Assembly (NCBI RefSeq): GCF_001194135.2
Contig: NC_068985.1
Coordinates: forward strand, 16,508,684 to 16,572,683
Source of the DNA: Octopus bimaculoides
Lineage: Eukaryota
Direction: 5' to 3'
DNA: 64,000 bases
The notes under the pieces are model-generated. The model was not told the origin of the DNA and did not search any database. It saw only the letters and a list, made by a program, of their open reading frames with translations. The translations under genes and the position numbers were made by a program. This document shows, piece after piece, positions 63,401-64,000 of this stretch (positions within the stretch are counted from its first letter, which is position 1; every line of letters begins with the position of its first letter).

Positions 63401-63948
63401 ATCATGAATATCGTTTATTAAATTTATATAATATTGTCCAACTCAATCTTACGCCAAAGTTTCACAAAATTAAAAAAAAAAAAAATTTGTGTTTTAGATA
63501 AGACTTAATCCATTACCCTGTTTAATATGAACACCTGGCACCTGAGTGTCCTTAGTGGATATTTGGGCAGGTCTCTGATCTCAAAGTAACTTTCCCTCTT
63601 CCTTCCATTAGTTACGGATACCCGGGAAAGACTACAACTACTACTTTTTCTCTTCTGACAGAAAATAAAGATAAACCCCTCAGAGTTTAAAGTAATTAAG
63701 TAGAGTTCATAGAACCTCTGTTGACACTGTATTTGATTAATGTCATTTAATATTGTTGATTTTCATTTTGAATTCATTTCAGGTTCAAGCAATTAGCCAG
63801 TTTCGAACTACAACTACCCCTAGTTCATATTTTGGACAAAATCAGTATCCTAGTACGAATGGTTCAGCTGCTGCACCACAAATTCCATCTTATCCAACAC
63901 ATATGAGTTCTATGATGGCTCCGTCAACTGGTGCCCCAATGTCTAAAG
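34516..63948 (+). CDS. SEC31A: Protein transport protein SEC31 (COPII outer coat); 20 coding exons (~987 codons), 3' end outside window
   Basis: Exons, all GT-AG and frame-consistent: 34516-34628, 38380-38469, 40105-40303, 41653-41748, 43347-43484, 43983-44125, 46783-46894, 48704-48856, 50454-50576, 52425-52676, 53713-53787, 55217-55300, 56581-56643, 56836-57004, 57885-58063, 58905-59031, 60406-60548, 61701-61871, 62040-62405, 63783-63948. The translation [16 protein letters not shown]...[11 protein letters not shown]40 repeats, [20 protein letters not shown] and the ACE1 solenoid ([20 protein letters not shown]) match Sec31. Confidence 0.97.
35815..36030 (+). mobile_element. RTE-clade LINE fragment, same family as 15690-16620
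   Basis: [33 protein letters not shown]. Confidence 0.8.
39841..40030 (-). mobile_element. Possible C-terminus of an RLE-type (HERO/NeSL-like) non-LTR retrotransposon
   Basis: [27 protein letters not shown] resembles the ...EAAEKAS.WLW.KR.D.W end I recall for these elements. The presumed 3' UTR runs toward 39160 across an N-gap. Confidence 0.45.
44498..45062 (+). mobile_element. Composite element: ~170-bp head + 66-bp tandem array (~4 units) + family C tail
   Basis: AAAAAGCACC recurs at 44702, 44768, 44834 and ~44900. A second copy lies inverted at 60626-61222. Confidence 0.8.
60626..61222 (-). mobile_element. Second copy of the composite element, ~6 units of the 66-bp array
   Basis: GGTGCTTTTT-like starts at 60664, 60730, 60796, 60863, 60929 and 60995; 61040-61222 is the reverse complement of 44498-44665. 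Confidence 0.8.
62161..62275 (+). repeat. Coding CAA/CAG poly-glutamine tract in SEC31 exon 19
   Basis: [37 protein letters not shown] is in frame with the flanking Sec31 exons. Confidence 0.9.
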
Positions 63949-63960
63949 GTAAGATCTTTA

Positions 63961-64000
<40 letters not shown>

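Overview
AT-rich eukaryotic genomic DNA with spliceosomal introns, N-gaps, many microsatellites and dense SINE/LINE/DNA-transposon debris. The repeat families look like those of Octopus (coleoid cephalopod); this is inferred from recognition, not from a search. Four protein-coding genes are supported: a two-coding-exon C2H2 zinc-finger gene (-, 577-3432, 811 aa, 11 fingers); a single-exon ORF I recognise as the meiotic SPO11 partner TOP6BL (+, 12097-13470); mitochondrial ribosomal protein bL36m/MRPL36 (-, 17954-18493); and the first 20 coding exons of COPII outer-coat SEC31 (+, 34516-63948, continues beyond the window). Best leads: (1) a 270-bp fold-back at 26233-26502 whose two arms each encode a Penelope-type minimal hammerhead ribozyme, each with a different core lesion; (2) a divergent, intronless, C-terminally short TOP6BL; (3) a ~600-bp palindrome with head-to-head (TTAGGG)n-(CCCTAA)n at its centre; (4) a full-length DD36E Tc1 element; (5) inverted repeat pairs that bracket SEC31 exons 7-16/17. 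There is no evidence for prokaryotic features such as CRISPR arrays or operons.
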